A DNA stretch of 64,000 nucleotides from Macrostomum hystrix (Eukaryota > Animalia > Platyhelminthes), in assembly GCA_950097015.1 (NCBI GenBank), contig CATNEN010000025.1:8804001-8868000 (forward strand). The letters are read 5' to 3'. A program made the position numbers and the translations under genes. Shown piece by piece: positions 22,133-35,620 of the stretch (within the stretch, counting starts at the first letter, position 1; the number at the start of each line of letters is the position of its first letter). The notes under the pieces are model-generated. The model did no database searches. It saw nothing but the letters and a program-made list of their open reading frames with translations, and was not told where the DNA came from.

Positions 22133-23340
22133 CTGGGTACAGCTAGAGGAGGAAGAAGATAGGAGGAGAGGCTGGCCAATGTCTTTGTCCACTTGAGAGC
22201 ACCCCACTCCGCGTCGAGTTCGCCGCACAGCTACTGAAAAGGACGTTATCTATAAAAACAAGATAGCTAATAAAATCTGTAGATAGCAACTAAAATATTG
22301 TAAAAAACCTTTTAAATAAGCGCATTAAAGTGAAATGAAAAAAAGTTGTTTATAAACACAGCTCAAGTAACTTTATGCTTATGCTGGAGCGGCGGATGAG
22401 CTTTGATCTATGGCTTGTTTGGAAACTAACGGGCCAGTTGGGTGCAAGGTTTACTTGTTTACAACCATCGGCATGATACTTTTTTATCTATTATGGTGTT
22501 GCGGGATGGAGAAAACAAAATATGGTAATAAACGATATATTATATTACAACCACTGAAAATATGGGTATGTAAAGCGGGACGGAAAATCGAGGTCGGTGA
22601 TTGTTCGACTTTCGTGCTCACACGGTCACCTCACTTATAATCTGAGCAATCGTCTCTCACGATTTGATACAAGACATTATTATATAGTCAACATGAAGCC
22701 TGCGACAAGACATGCTTCATTTGAAGTCTGCACCAGCTGCAACAAGTGCGTTCTTGGTGAACTAAAGGCAAAGCAGCACGCAAACTGTTCAACGACTAAT
22801 TGGTTGGCATGCTGGCAATGCGGCATCGTGCAGCAACTGGTTGGCAGAGGGACAGCAAACCAATTTTTGAAGACTAATGCCAGCCATGCAATGCTAGCAA
22901 GCGGCGAGGCGGGCAGGAAGGACTGCCGGCGAATGATCATGCACGAGGCGCGAAAGCTGAGACAGAGGCATTCGGCAGCCAGTGGAGCTCTTAGCCAAGT
23001 CATCCGGGACGTCAATACAGGGGCGAGATTGAAGCTCTTGCCAAGCAGAAGCTTACTGCAGCTCATAATATCATCCTGCGTGCGCAGCTGCGCCTCGACA
23101 TTCACATGAGACGAGTCCGGGCTGGACAGCTGCTGGCTGAGGAAGACAGTGGATCAGCAGCAGCCTCGAAGAGCTTAGTATCGACAACTTTTCAGACTGG
23201 TGGGACGATCAGTTATCGGCGTTATCGTCCCGACACTTAGATTACCTGTCTGCAACCCGTGTCATAGATTCCCGACTACACTGAAATAATTAGTCTTTCA
23301 ACAAGGACACTTAATTAACTCTGCATTGCTTCAGCTCACC

Positions 23341-23659
23341 CAGGGTAATCAGAAGGAGAAAAAGGCCAGAAGCCGCTACTGGGGACGAACACTCGGGATT
23401 TCAAAAGCGATAGAAACGCTGTGGCTAAGAGTGTCAGCTTGACTGTGGATAATGTCGAAGGCACTTTCTGAAGTCTGTTTGGTGGGCCTTTTACTCCATA
23501 ATTTTGCATTGGCTAACAGCGTTTGCTTAATTTAGTTTTGTTTATAAAGACAGAAATGTTTTTACGATCGCTTATTTCCGGTCTGCGAAGGAAGGACAAC
23601 CGAAATTGTCATTTTTCTGTTTTCATTTGAAATCTAAAATAATCGGTAATGCATGCTGA
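23341..23659 (+). mobile_element. CAGGGTAATC dispersed repeat, truncated by a SINE-like sequence in copy 1 (extends further at 46854-47343)
   Basis: Follows a CORE-SINE fragment (actctgcattgcttcagctcacc); truncated at gcatgctga. Confidence 0.75.
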
Positions 23660-23961
23660 CAGCCAGCGAGGAGGCAATTCTGCCCATTTCGCTGACTCCT
23701 GAGCACACACGCACACTGATACTGTACGTAGGCACACTCTCACACAGGTGTGCACATCTGCCCTGACTTTCTCATCGTCAGGCAGTGTACACTCTCACTG
23801 TGCCTTGGAGGTTGGCCCTCAAGGGCGTAAATTGCACGACAAGCCCCCAAGCCTTCTCTCCGCGGCTGCGCCCCAAATAAATGTGGCCTCGCCGTGGAAT
23901 CGAACTTAGGGACCGTGGTGCGAGTGGCAAACGCGTTAACCGCTCTGCCACCGACCCCCCC
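23660..23961 (-). mobile_element. Second tRNA-derived SINE-like element, present only after copy 1
   Basis: Minus head gggtcggtggcagagcggttaacgcg...agttcgattcc has A and B boxes but no full cloverleaf; left limit uncertain. Confidence 0.6.
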
Positions 23962-24169
23962 AACATGTGTGCTAGGAATGTATGCTAGCTGTGCCTAGAA
24001 CCGCGTGCATTGGCCCAACCAATTATCTGCCTGCGATATGTACATCGATATGCCAATCGATAGTTGCACCACCCCCTGGTTTGCTAAAATAAAAAGATGC
24101 ATGCTTGGCCAGCTGGGGCCTTACGTTTCTTCGCACCACACTAAACTACTCTCGTGCGGGCTTCATACT

Positions 24170-24595
24170 TTACAGCATGGGATGTCTCAAGCAGGCCCAC
24201 CCCAGCTTGCCAAACATGGATCAATTCATCGCACTGCCTCCCCTGATCAATTTAGCACTACAGACCTGCAGAGCGCCGGTAAACGCTGGAGCAAATGGGC
24301 CGATCATTTTTGCGACTTTATCGATGCATCGGGCATCAATGACGAAACTCAGAAGTGCAAGCTTCTTGCCTACAATGCTGACAGGGAAATCGCACAAATT
24401 ATCAAGGACCTGGCCGACGACAAGAATCAGACGCTCAAGTCTCTGTTGGCAGCGATAAAAGAACACTTCAAGGATCGCAGCAACATCGTTTTCGCCCGCT
24501 ATTAGTTTCGGCTGTGCATCCAGCAAACCGGCGAACCAGTCGAAAGCTCAAGTCAGCGGCCGAACACTGCGAGTTCTCAACGCTCAAGGACTCAT
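24170..24595 (+). pseudogene. Ty3/Gypsy gag-like fragment, truncated at the copy-2 junction
   Basis: RWSKWADHFCDFIDASGI...KCKLL...LLAAIKEHFKDRSNIVFARY*FRLCIQQTGEPVE...AAEHCEFSTLKDSL resembles the N-terminus of metazoan gypsy gag; internal stop. Confidence 0.65.
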
Positions 24596-24696
24596 TAGGT
24601 ATTATAATTTAGTTCTACAGAAGGAAAAAAATTTAAGAGCAAGTACTTTAGGTACTGACTAATAAATGTAAATTATATTTGCTTTCAACGTTTCAG

Positions 24697-27293
24697 CCAA
24701 ATTAGCACTAAATATGCGAATTGAAAACATAGCTAATTATGAAGAGAAGGTGAAAGATTTTGCCTCCAAGCTTCAACCTGTGGACTGTCTGCTAGTGATT
24801 GAAAATGTCCGGGTCTTCAGTGGCTCAACAAAGTGAGTAAATGAGTGTTTGATGCCCGTTAGTTTTAGACTAACAGTTTTCAGTCACCTTTTAGGCAGTG
24901 TAGAAATATTAATTTACTGACAAAATCTGCTCGCTTGATGCTTAACAGTAGGACTACCAAGCCATTTTGCCGCCAGTTTTTATACCAAGGGAGAGAAACC
25001 CCTGAAACATTTTTTGGCAGCGCCTGAATGCTGGTGGTGACTGTTTGATAGGCAATGGACTAGGCAATGGTGTACTGTGGTTGAGCTGCGCCTAATGTTT
25101 GGAGAAATTCGCGTCAGTGTGTCCACATTCGCCTATTTCCACCTGTTGTAGCCATTGAAGGTCCAGCAAATCCGTCTAGATAAAGTTAGGTGACCACCGA
25201 AGACGGAGATGATGCAGGCACATTCGGGTGACATGCTGATCAATTTTGAAGGACTGGCAAGGCCGCACTGAGGCGCATTGCTAATTTGTGTATAGGTGCA
25301 TGAAATACTCTAGCGCTTATGGGAGAATCCGACCTTCGGCAAGAAACATTGAATATCTTGACGATCTGAAGAGCTGGCAACTAGGTTATTGTTTCCGATG
25401 ATGCGCAACAAAAAGTTGACCCGTGTTTTGAAGTTTCGTGTGCTTGCGTTGTTCCGTTCAGGTTAATTTTGCTGCTGGGGTAACTTCGCATTTGCCATGC
25501 CTTCAGATGACTCGTCATCTACAAGTGTAATTAACAAGATGAAATTGAATTTTACCATAAGGTACATGGCCCACGCGCTGCCGCACTACGTGAAACCCTA
25601 CCTGGAGAGCCTAAATGGTGCCGAAGGATTAAAATCAGATTTTGGCTACGACGAGTTAACTTCGCTATTCCGAGTGGTCTCATTCAATAGGGACACTGTT
25701 AAGGAGTCCTTTAGCGAAGCTCTAGGAGACCGGACACCGATGATTCATCGGGTACTGAAGCTGCTGGAGGCTGCGCAATTTGATCGCTACCCTGATCCTC
25801 ACAGGTAAGAATTCAACTTTCCAAAAGTATTTTTTTCTTCCCAACATTCGTATTTTCTTCCCCATATCTCATCTTTTCCCCCAAATCTCATCCTTTCCCC
25901 CAAATTCCATCCTTTTCCCCCAAATTCCATCCTTTTCCCATAAATCTCATCCTTTCCCCCAAATCTCATCCTTTTCCCCCAAATCTCATCCTTTCCCCCA
26001 AATTCCATCCTTTTCCCCCAAATTCCATCCTTTTCCCATAAATCTCATCCTTTCCCCCAAATCTCATCCTTTTCCCCCAAATCTCATCCTTTCCTCCCAA
26101 ATCCCATCCTTTTTCCCCAAATCCCATCTTCCCCCAGATGCTTATCATTCATCCCCAAATCCCATCCTATTCCTCAGATGCTTATCATTCATCCCCAAAT
26201 CACATCCTATTCCTCAGATGCTTATCATTCATCCCCAAATCACATCCTATTCCTCAGATGCTTATCATTCATCCCCAAATCCCATCCTATTCCCCAGATG
26301 CTTATCATTCATCCCCAAATCCCATCCTATTCCCCAGATGCTTATCATTCATCCCCAAATCCCATCCTATTCCTCAGATGCTTATCATTCATCCCCAAAT
26401 CACATCCTATTCCTCAGATGCTTATCATTCATCCCCAAATCCCATCCTATTCCTCAGATGCTTATCATTCATCCCCAAATCACATCCTATTCCTCAGATG
26501 CTTATCATTCATCCCCAAATCCCATCCTATTCCTCAGATGCTTATCATTCATCCCCAAATCCCATCTCATGTCTCCCACAGGAAGGAGTGCGCCAGCTCC
26601 AGCCTGCTAGCCCAGCTGGTGTCCGAGGAGTTTGCCGCCCTGTCTGAATACAGAGCTGGACGATGTCAGTCAACGCGCCGACACGCCTGCCTGATCGTCC
26701 ATAGTCGCCTCTCTCCAGACGGCCTGTCTGCGTTGGAGTCCGTTCTGAGCGCCCAGTCGGCCACACTGACCGTGCTGTCCCCTAGACTCAATCAGCAGCT
26801 AGACGAGCTCTACGAAAAGGTCAACGGCGCGGCGGGTTGCGTCGCCCTGGACGCCGTTCAACGCAGTCCCCGCTGGGAGCTGGTTCGCCTGCCGCCTGCT
26901 ATTTTTGTTGCTAGCCATTCGCAGCATCAGCAGCCTCAGCAGCTTCAGCCGCATTACAATAGTCTTCAGCACACGCATCATTCAGATGTTCAGTTTCCTG
27001 ATTCTCAGCTGCAGCAATTGCAACAGCAGCAGCAGCATCAGCAGCAGCAGCTGCCAATTCCTTCGCCGCGCATTCTATGGCAAGGCACTTTCGAGTTTAC
27101 CAAATCCGCCACCAGAATGTCCTTCCAGCTGCCAGTTCGCTTCGTGGAGATTCTGTCGGCGCCTGATCAGCCGCCAAATCCTTGGAGCTTTCATCATTTT
27201 GAGCAGAACAAGCAAACCGCCAGTTGTGCAATTCTAAAGCCGGAACTTCATCCTACTGTCGAGGATCACTTTCGCAAATATCCCAGCTTGTAG
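24697..27293 (+). CDS. Same uncharacterised gene, copy 2 (exons 24697-24832, 25296-25384, 25507-25804, 26582-27293); 5' part cut off by the duplication junction
   Basis: Exons as in copy 1; the exon at 24697 reads KLALNMRIENIANYEEKVKDFASKLQPVDCLLVIENVRVFSGST. Confidence 0.6.
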
Positions 27294-29095
27294 AGTGCAG
27301 AATTACGGTACTATTTATTTTAACCAATCATGCGCTAACTACTCTACTGATCCGCTTAGTAGTATTTTTAGAAAATGCGAATTAGAAAACATACAAGTAC
27401 AACATGTGATTCATTTTACCAAAAAATGAGAATCGAATCAATCAAAAATCATGTGACTACTATTAATAGTATCCAATCAATTTTTATGTCATAAGCAACC
27501 AGCGATCCCACCAATCATGTTACCCAAAATCAATCAAAAGGTCAAGAAAGCGATAATCCATCTTTTTGCGCTTCTACTAGTTTAGTTGTAAAAAGTCTAA
27601 CCTCTCAAGTTGTCAAGCGTTGACCCAGACTTTTTGACAACATTTTGACACCTGTACTTTAAACGCACTCATCGAACCCGAGAGGGTCCGATTCTCTATA
27701 AATACAAGAGCTCCGAAGCGAGCCCAGATTCAGAGTCTCGCCGAGACGAGCAGAGTCTCGCAGAAAAGAGAAAACGGAGAGTCTGAAGTGGATTGGACTC
27801 CAGGTCCAAGACTTGTGGTAAGAGTTCCTTGATTTATCCTAATTAATTAATTATTAATTAGTAAAGCTTTCTTGATCTAAGTTAAACCTCTCCGAGTAAT
27901 CGTTAAACCAACGATTACAGCGTAATCACAGACGTGTGATTATATTGAATATATTACAAAGGGTGAGCGCGGCGAGCGCCAGACTCGAGGTAAAACCTAC
28001 CAGGGCTGGTAAGAAGGAACACACTCCACAAGTGACTATTGGTTAACCGACATCAACGATAAATCAGAACCAGGAAGATACCACACCTGATTACTATTGG
28101 CCCAGTGTAACCGCAACCGAGACGAGGAGAATAGATTAAATTCTCTTGCCTTCAAACGATCCAGGTACCTGAAAGACAACCACAAGCCAAGCGCATCAAA
28201 GCACTCGAAGCCGGCCGCAAACAAACCAAGAGGACCAGAGAACCACAAAAGCAAAGAAGGTAAGAACTAAAACTTCTGCTAAATTAGTATTAATTACTGG
28301 GGCACCCAGCAGTTGCTGGAAGTGATCAATTCCTAAAAGAGAAACAAGGAACTTATCAAGCTTTTATCGGGTGCAAATTGTTCCCATCAATGGGGAAGAT
28401 GTGCAGCACTTGTTGGACACTTTTGGATCCTGTGTGAGTCTTCAGAGCTTTAGTTCCAGCAACTAAGAGAGAGAGAGAGTAGGGTGAGGATATGAGAGAG
28501 TAGAGTGAGGATATGAGAGAGTAGGGTGACGATATGAGAGAGTAGGGTGAGGATATGAGAGAGTAGGGTGAGGATATGAGAGAGTAGGGTGAGGATTTGA
28601 GAGAGTAGGGTGAGGATATGAGAGAGTAGGGTAAGGATATGAGAGAGTAGGGTGAGGATATGCGAGAGTAGGGTGAGGATATGAGAGAGTAGGGTGAGGA
28701 TATGAGAGAGTAGTGTGAGGATATGAGAGAGTAGGGTGAGGATATGCGAGAGTAGGGTGAGGATATGAGAGAGTAGGGTGAGGATATGAGAGAGTAGTGT
28801 GAGGATATGAGAGAGTAGGGTGAGGATATGAGAGAGTAGAGTGAGGATATGAGAGAGTAGGGTGAGGATATGAGAGAGTAGGGTGAGGATATGAGAGAGT
28901 AGGGTGAGGATATGAGAGAGTAGAGTTTCTTTCCTGAAGTTTTCTTTCCTGAAGTTTTCTTTCCTAAAGTTTTCTTTCCAGAGTTTCTCTTTCCTAAACC
29001 ACTTGGTGCCCACCCACCCACCTGTCTAATTAACCTGGCTGCCCACATAACTGTCTAATTAACCTGGCTGCCCACATAACTGTCTAATTAACCTG

Positions 29096-32000
29096 CCCAC
29101 CCACTTGACTTACTTGACTTAGCGGCAGGGGGCCTCCATGACGGACGCAGCGAGGAGGCGGCTGTTGCCGCCCATATCGCTAACCCCTGGCAGCCAGACG
29201 GCCTCCAGCGAGGCGGTGCCGCTCAGGGTGGTCCGTCGGTCGGTTCCGCCGCGCGATCTTCCTCGCCATAGGCTGGGAAGAAATCAGCTCGGCCGGTATC
29301 CCGGAGGAAGTGGGCGAGCTGAGGGATGTTCTCGGGCGAGCAGGCTTCGGCAAGAGTCGGTGCCGGCCCGAGGTGTTTTAGCCTAGCCCGGGTGAAGGCC
29401 GGGCAGTGGCAAATGAAATGCTCGGCGTTTTCACGGCCGGAGCAGCAGAAAGGACACGTTTCCTCAGGCACGTGGCCTTGGAGGTAGCGGTGTCTGGTGA
29501 AGCAGCCATGTCCCGAAAGGGCCATGGTGACTGCTCTCAGGTCTCTGCGGTTTAGCCTGAGTAAGGCCTTACGCAGGTTACTAGAGGGGGTTGGCACCGC
29601 AGCCCTGGACTGGCGACAGTTCAGGGTGCTGGACCACCTCCTCCGGTGCTGGGTCTCCATCCAGTGGTTGATGCTGGAGTTGACAACGGAGGCGGGGATC
29701 GGGGATTCCGGGCCCGGGGCCCATCAGGGAGCTGGCTGCTCCAGCCTTTGCAAGCTCGTCCGCCATCTCATTCCCTGTGAGCCCGGCGTGCCCAGGGATC
29801 CACATCAGCTCCACCTTGTTAGACTGCGCCAAACCGTTTAACTGGGTGTTGCAGTCCAAGGTGGTTCTGGAGCGAGAGGTGCAGCGACTGAGGGCCTTGA
29901 GGGCTGCTTGACTGTCGGAGTGAAAAAAGATCCTCCGACCAGCCAGCTGCCTCTGGCGCAGCTCAGCCGCACAGAAGCTGATGGCGAGCATTTCGTTTTG
30001 GAAAACGCTTGAGCTCTTGCCACAGTGTTGGGAGTGGGTCCAGAGGACCTCGCCACCCGAGGCGACGCACACCCCGAATCCCGATTTACCGTTCATCAGG
30101 GAGCCGTCAGTGTAACAGTGGACTGCGGGGTCATCCCAGCAGTCCTTTACCTCATTACGAGGGAAGATGCTGACTTTGTACCTGTGGCTCCGGAGTAAAG
30201 TGGCCGGGGCCCCGTCCGAAAGGATGGTGAGCCCTCCGCACTCGCCCAGAGTTTTCAGGCAGAGGTCAGAGTGGGGCAGAAGGGAGCGCTTCGAGAAGGC
30301 TCGCGAATTCTGGAAGGATACACCCGCATCAAGGAGACGACGGGTGGACTTTGCCGCTTCCCCCTTAACAAAAATGTCAATGGGTGTAGCGTTGAGGAAA
30401 GCGTTCATGCCTTCAAAGGGAGTGGAGGGTGGGGCGCCCAGCGTCATGCGACAGGCTCTGCCCTGCACCCTATAAAGCGCCTCCAGGTTTTTCTGGATGC
30501 TCATGGCACTGGCCCAGATGAGGCCAGCGTAAGCGACTGACGGTCTAATGATCGCCGTGTAAATCCACCAAAGGTTTTTGGGGGTTAGCCCCCAAGTGGT
30601 GCCCACGGCTCGCCTGACTTGCGCCAGAATGGCCAGGGCCCTCTTGGCCTTTGTGGTAATGTGCGGGGTCCAGTTAAGCCTATGGTCTAGCAGGATACCA
30701 AGGCACCGGACCTGCTTTTCCATGGCAATATTCTTGCCATAGAGAGTCAGAGGCTCAATGGTCCAGCGCAGCCTGCTGGTAAACATAACCGCAACGGTCT
30801 TGGACTCAGAGAGTCGGAGCCCGCATTGGTCCGCCCAGCGCACCGCCCTGTTGATAAAGCCCTGAATGAGGTCCCTGGTGGTTTCCGCCGAGGGGCCCGC
30901 GCAGATGGCGGTCACATCGTCGGCATATCCCACCTTCAGGACTGGGTCAGGCCGAGTGCTTTTTAGCAGCTCATCCATGACGAGATTCCACAGCAGTGGG
31001 GTGAGGACGCCACCTTGGGGCCCTCCTTTTAGGACAGGTGCCGAGAGCACCCTGCCTTCGAGGTGGGCCACCACGTGGCGATTCCGGATCATGTACATGA
31101 CCCAACGGACGAGGTGGGGGTGAGTGGCCCTGGAAACCAGGGCCTTCTCAAAGGCTTCGAAAATAACGTTATCGAAGGCCCCCTCAATATCAAGGAAAAC
31201 AGCCAGGGCAAAACCGCTGCCCAGCACTGCCTTCTCGAGAGTCTCCACAATGCAGTGGAGGGCGCTCTCCGTGGACCGGCCCGCCCGAAAGGCGTGCTGG
31301 TTTGGTGAGAGCGGGGCCCGCCCTAGCTCTACAGTAAGAAGGCGCCAGAGCACCAGTCTTTCCATGAGCTTGAGGCAGGTGGAAGTCAAGCTTATCGGGC
31401 GATAAGACTTGACCGAGCGATAGTCGCCTTTGGCGGGCTTCGGGATGAAGACGACCCGGGCTTCATGCCACCGCGCTGGTACGTAGCCCAGCACGATGCA
31501 GGCCCGTAGAAGTCTGCAGAGGAGATGGAGGAAGCGGCCATTTTTAACCGCTTCATGCAGAAAGGCCGGATATATACCATCTGGCCCAGGTGCTTTAAAA
31601 GGATTGAATGACTTAGCCGCGCGAACGATGCGGTCATTCGTAACGAGTGACTGAGCCAGGCCCTGACCTCCACGCGAGTGGTCGTCTGGGCCGAAGTGCG
31701 CCGGTACACTCGGGAAGAAATGCCCTAGCATAAGCTCGAGCGTTTCCTCCGGGCGCTCAGTGATCGAGCCGTCCGGCTTTTTAATCGATGAGAGCTTGGA
31801 GAAGCGGTCGTTGGTGAGCGCCTTTACCACGCGGGCCGTGGGCCGCGAGCCCTCAAGCCCTTCGCAGTATTGTCGCCACTTGTCCGCTTTTGCCCTTCTG
31901 ACCCGGCCCTTAAACTCATGGATGGCGCGAGTATAGGCCTCTTTGTCATCAGGGTCGTGCGAGGTTTTCAGCTTCCTCTGGAGAGCCTTAGCTCGGCGTC

Positions 32001-35000
32001 TTAGGACTCCGAGCTCGGGGTTCCACCAGGGGGCCGATTTTTTGCCTTTGTAGGCTTTGAGCGGGCAAGCCATTTCGTAGGCCTCTGTGATGGCGCCGCC
32101 CAGCAGGGCAGCCACTCCATCCAGGTCCTGCGTGGTTTCCATGGCCATGGAGGGGTCAGAATCCCGAAGGCCCTCATGCAGCTTTTGGCTGAACGCGGGC
32201 CAGTCGGTATTTCTGACATTACGCCTCCAAATAGGCTTTTGCTTCTTATCGGGGGTGCCGATGTTGAAACGGATGAAACGGTGGTCCGAGAGCGAGCTTT
32301 CGGTCTCCCACACCTCCCACCCCAGCACCCTTGGGAGGATGCCGGGTGAGGCCAGGGTGACGTCAAGCACCTCAGCCCACCGCCCATTGTCGAAAGTGGG
32401 CGTGTTGCCCACATTGCAGAAGTTTAGAGGCGTGCCGCTGACGAAGACCAGGAGCTCTTCGCCGCGGTCATTGATTTTTGAGCTACCCCAGTGGGTGTGA
32501 TGCGAGTTTACATCTCCCGCGAGGAGCAGCTCGAAGTTTCGTGCCCTGGCGAATTCACAGAGGGCGACGAGGGTATCGCTAACCACGGGGGCGTCGCCTG
32601 CCAGGTAGGCGGATGCCACGAGGGTCAACTTGTTAGGCACAATGTGTGCAGATTGGATGACGCAGATGTCCCCGTTAGAGAGATCGGGTCTCATCCACGC
32701 ATTTAAGGCTTTTGCGGCATAGATCAGTGATCTAGGGCGGACAGAGTCTGCCATGCAGAAGCAGTCATAGCCAGCAGGAATGTTGCTTGGCTTGTTCTTT
32801 GATAGCCAGGGCTCCTGTACAAGTACAAGGCCCGGCATCATGCGCTCTGTCGTGCGCATCAGATTGACTGATGCTGCCACGCAGTGCTGGGTGTTAACTT
32901 GCAGACATGATATTCCGGGGATCATCATGCAGGCAGAGGTCTACTTGGAGGGGGACCCAGCCAGAAGGCGGTCCTCCTCCTCCGGGTCGATGTCGGTAGC
33001 CATGGGCTCCTCCGTGCCCAGGCCCCGAGCCGGAGACGGGAACTCGACGGCGTCAGCCGCCCAGTCCCCGCCCCCGGCCCCGAGCCCAGGCCCAGAGTCG
33101 CCCTCAACTGGAGCCGACACCGCTCCCTGGGCCGTGGGAGGGGCGCTCGAAGGGCCCTGCTCGATGGAGCTGGGCACCTCTGAGGCCTCCCCCGTAGCCC
33201 TTGGTTGCGGCGCCTGCCCCGGTGGGCCACCGCGCATCTCAGCGCGCAGCTGGGCCATCTTGGCGGTTCGCACCACCTCGGAGGCCCGCTGGAGAAGGCC
33301 CCGGCGCTTTGTGACACGCGCGGGGCGACGCTCAGAGCTGCCAGCGATGGCACGCTCTGGCCTTTTTTGGCGGGACGACTGGGCCCTGCCCCCAGTCCCA
33401 GCCTTGGGGTCCGAGGACCCTTCATTGGCCGGTACGGTGGTGGGCCCGGTCTGACCTCGGGTTTTATCCGCCTCGAAGGCGAAGATTTTGGTCTTCCACA
33501 GACCAATGCAAATGTTGGCGCCATCTGGGTAGCGGCGTGTCCATTGCTCGGACAGGCCCAGAATGGCGGTGAAACCGGTGCCGTCGGGGCGCAGGATCGT
33601 GCGGTGCACGATCAGGCCCGCTGTCGGCAGCTCCCGGTTCATCGCGATGAGGCCCCTGCGGAGGTCCTCAGCGCTGGTGACGACACTTTTCGCCGGGACG
33701 AAGATACGGTGTCGCTTGGTCTTTGGTGGCTCGTTCTCCCGTAGGAACTCGAGGCCAGCCGCCCAGCTCTGCGTGGGCAGCAACTCGAGGAGCCGCCGCC
33801 CCGATTCCGCATCGCCGGGCCAGACGACGAAGCACGATTCCCTGGTAGCGCTTGCGCCGACCGCCAGGGGCTCGCCCTTCAGTTGAAGTTGCCACAACAT
33901 AGCATCTATGTTGCGGCAAATGTCGCTGAGCTGTTCGCTGCTCAGCCTTTTCCCGTCTCTGCCGGTGATGATGACGGCAGGTTGCCTACGTGCGATGGCG
34001 GCGTAGGTAGCTTGTGGTCCCGGGCCCTGTCCGGTGGCGTCCCCACCCTCGGGATCTGCGTCGGCGGTGGGCACAGGGCCCTCCGCCTCCGCTTCTCCTT
34101 CGGGCCGGGCAGCCGTCCGGATGGGCGCCGGGCCCTCCTTGGCCCGCGACCCTGGCCTCGGGGCGTCGTGGGCTCCGCCCCGTGCAGGAGCCTGGGCAGG
34201 AGGCACAAGGCCCCCCGCCCCAGCCCCCGCCCTAGGCAGAGCCCCTTCGGCCCCTCTGGCCTGGGCCTGGTCCTTGGTCAATGGAGCCGACGTGCCGTGG
34301 GCCAGCATGCGCCTACGGCGTTTTGCCGCTCCAGAGGTGGTGGAGCGCTTAGCGCCCCGGTCATCGCGCGAGTTGGGCAGCGCGGCATTTGTGGCGGTCG
34401 CGGGGCCAGCTAGCCCGGGCGCCGCAGCGTGTATGGCCTCAGGCACCATGGTGTCCTCGGCCGGAGCAGTTGAAGGGCTAGAAGCCATTGAAAGCTGCAA
34501 TGAAGAGAGGGGCTTCCTGTAGACACAGGCAGGAATAACCCGCTCAGCCGCGATCCCAAAACTGAGCGGGGGCAGCCAAAAAAGACAAGTTACAACCCGG
34601 GGTGGGATGCCAGGACCACCGGGAGGAACCGTAAGAGACCAGACTACTCCCTGGCCAAGCGTCCATCAGCACGGTCAACACTGGGACATTGGAGGGTGCC
34701 ATTGAGCCGGCGCCGAGGCCTGCGGGCTGGCCGCAAACCCTGTTAAGGTCAAAGGGTGACACCTGTCCCTCAGGGCCGTAGCCAGAGGTACCTGATCACG
34801 CACAGGTGCACGAAAATTGCGGACAAGCCACATACCCTGTTAAGGTCAAAGGGTGACACCTTTCCCTCCAGCCGGGGCTAGAGGTACCCAGTTTGGCCGG
34901 AGGCCCTGGATGGGTCATCCAGCGCTGTTGCCCATTCTGTCCGGCTGCCCTAGGGTCAGCCTTGAACACTCGCGGGACGTGTACCCATGGGTCAGCTGAC

Positions 35001-35022
35001 GGGACAGCGTTGGAGGGATTCC
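29096..35022 (-). mobile_element. Same LINE, copy 2; ORF2 has a +1 frameshift just after RNase H
   Basis: 89-bp repeats at 29007-29095 and 35023-35111. ggcccggggccc near 29715 vs ggcccgggccc in copies 1 and 3 splits ORF2 (29581-32928 and 29223-29660). ORF1 intact at 32941-34488. Confidence 0.93.
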
Positions 35023-35261
35023 TGCCCACCCACCCACCTGTCTAATTAACCTGGCTGCCCACATAACTGTCTAATTAACCTGGCTGCCCACATAACTGTC
35101 TAATTAACCTGATTTATCTATCTAATCAACTTAGCTACCCACCCACTTACCTATCTACTTGCATACCTACCTGCCTGCTTACCTACCTACCTACCTACCT
35201 ACCTACCTGCCTACCTACCTACCTACCTACCTACCTACCTACCTACCCACCTACCCATCAG

Positions 35262-35620
35262 GTGATTCTGGCCGGCGACCCGATGCAGCTCGGCCCAGTG
35301 GTCCAATCAACCTGGGCACTGAAGTTCGGCCTAGGCGAGTCCCTGCTCCACCGCCTCATAGAGACCTCGCCGGCCTACGCCCGACGTCCCGGTCGCTATC
35401 CGGACGACGGCTACGATCCCCTGCTGGTGACGAAACTGCTGGAGAACTACCGCAGCCATCCCGCACTGCTCACAGTCTACTCCGACCTGTTCTACCATTC
35501 CGAATTGATTCCGCGAGTGGATCCCGCGGCCGGCAATCGGTTCCTGACCTGGCCCAGCCTGCCGAATCCCCAAGTGCCGCTGCTATTTCACGGCGTCATC
35601 GGCGAGGACCGGCTCGAAGG
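35262..35620 (+). pseudogene. MOV10L1: Orphan MOV10/MOV10L1-family helicase exon, copy 2
   Basis: Same translation as 10518-10876. Confidence 0.85.

Larger units (their letters stand above)
1..23659. repeat. Segmental duplication unit, copy 1 (left end outside window)
   Basis: Sequence and ORF track recur at offset +24744 (ORF 753 -> 25497) and +55851 (753 -> 56604). Identity to copy 2 ends at gcatgctga, 23659. Confidence 0.97.

Noticed and set aside
22597-23109. Overlapping 140-170 aa ORFs on both strands (also 46194-46623)
   Set aside because: No recognisable motif or splice structure, and the coding strand cannot be decided.
23885-23961. tRNA gene
   Set aside because: A and B boxes are present but there is no acceptor or anticodon stem; treated as a SINE head. 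The same applies to the heads near 18400-18464 and 49780-49844.
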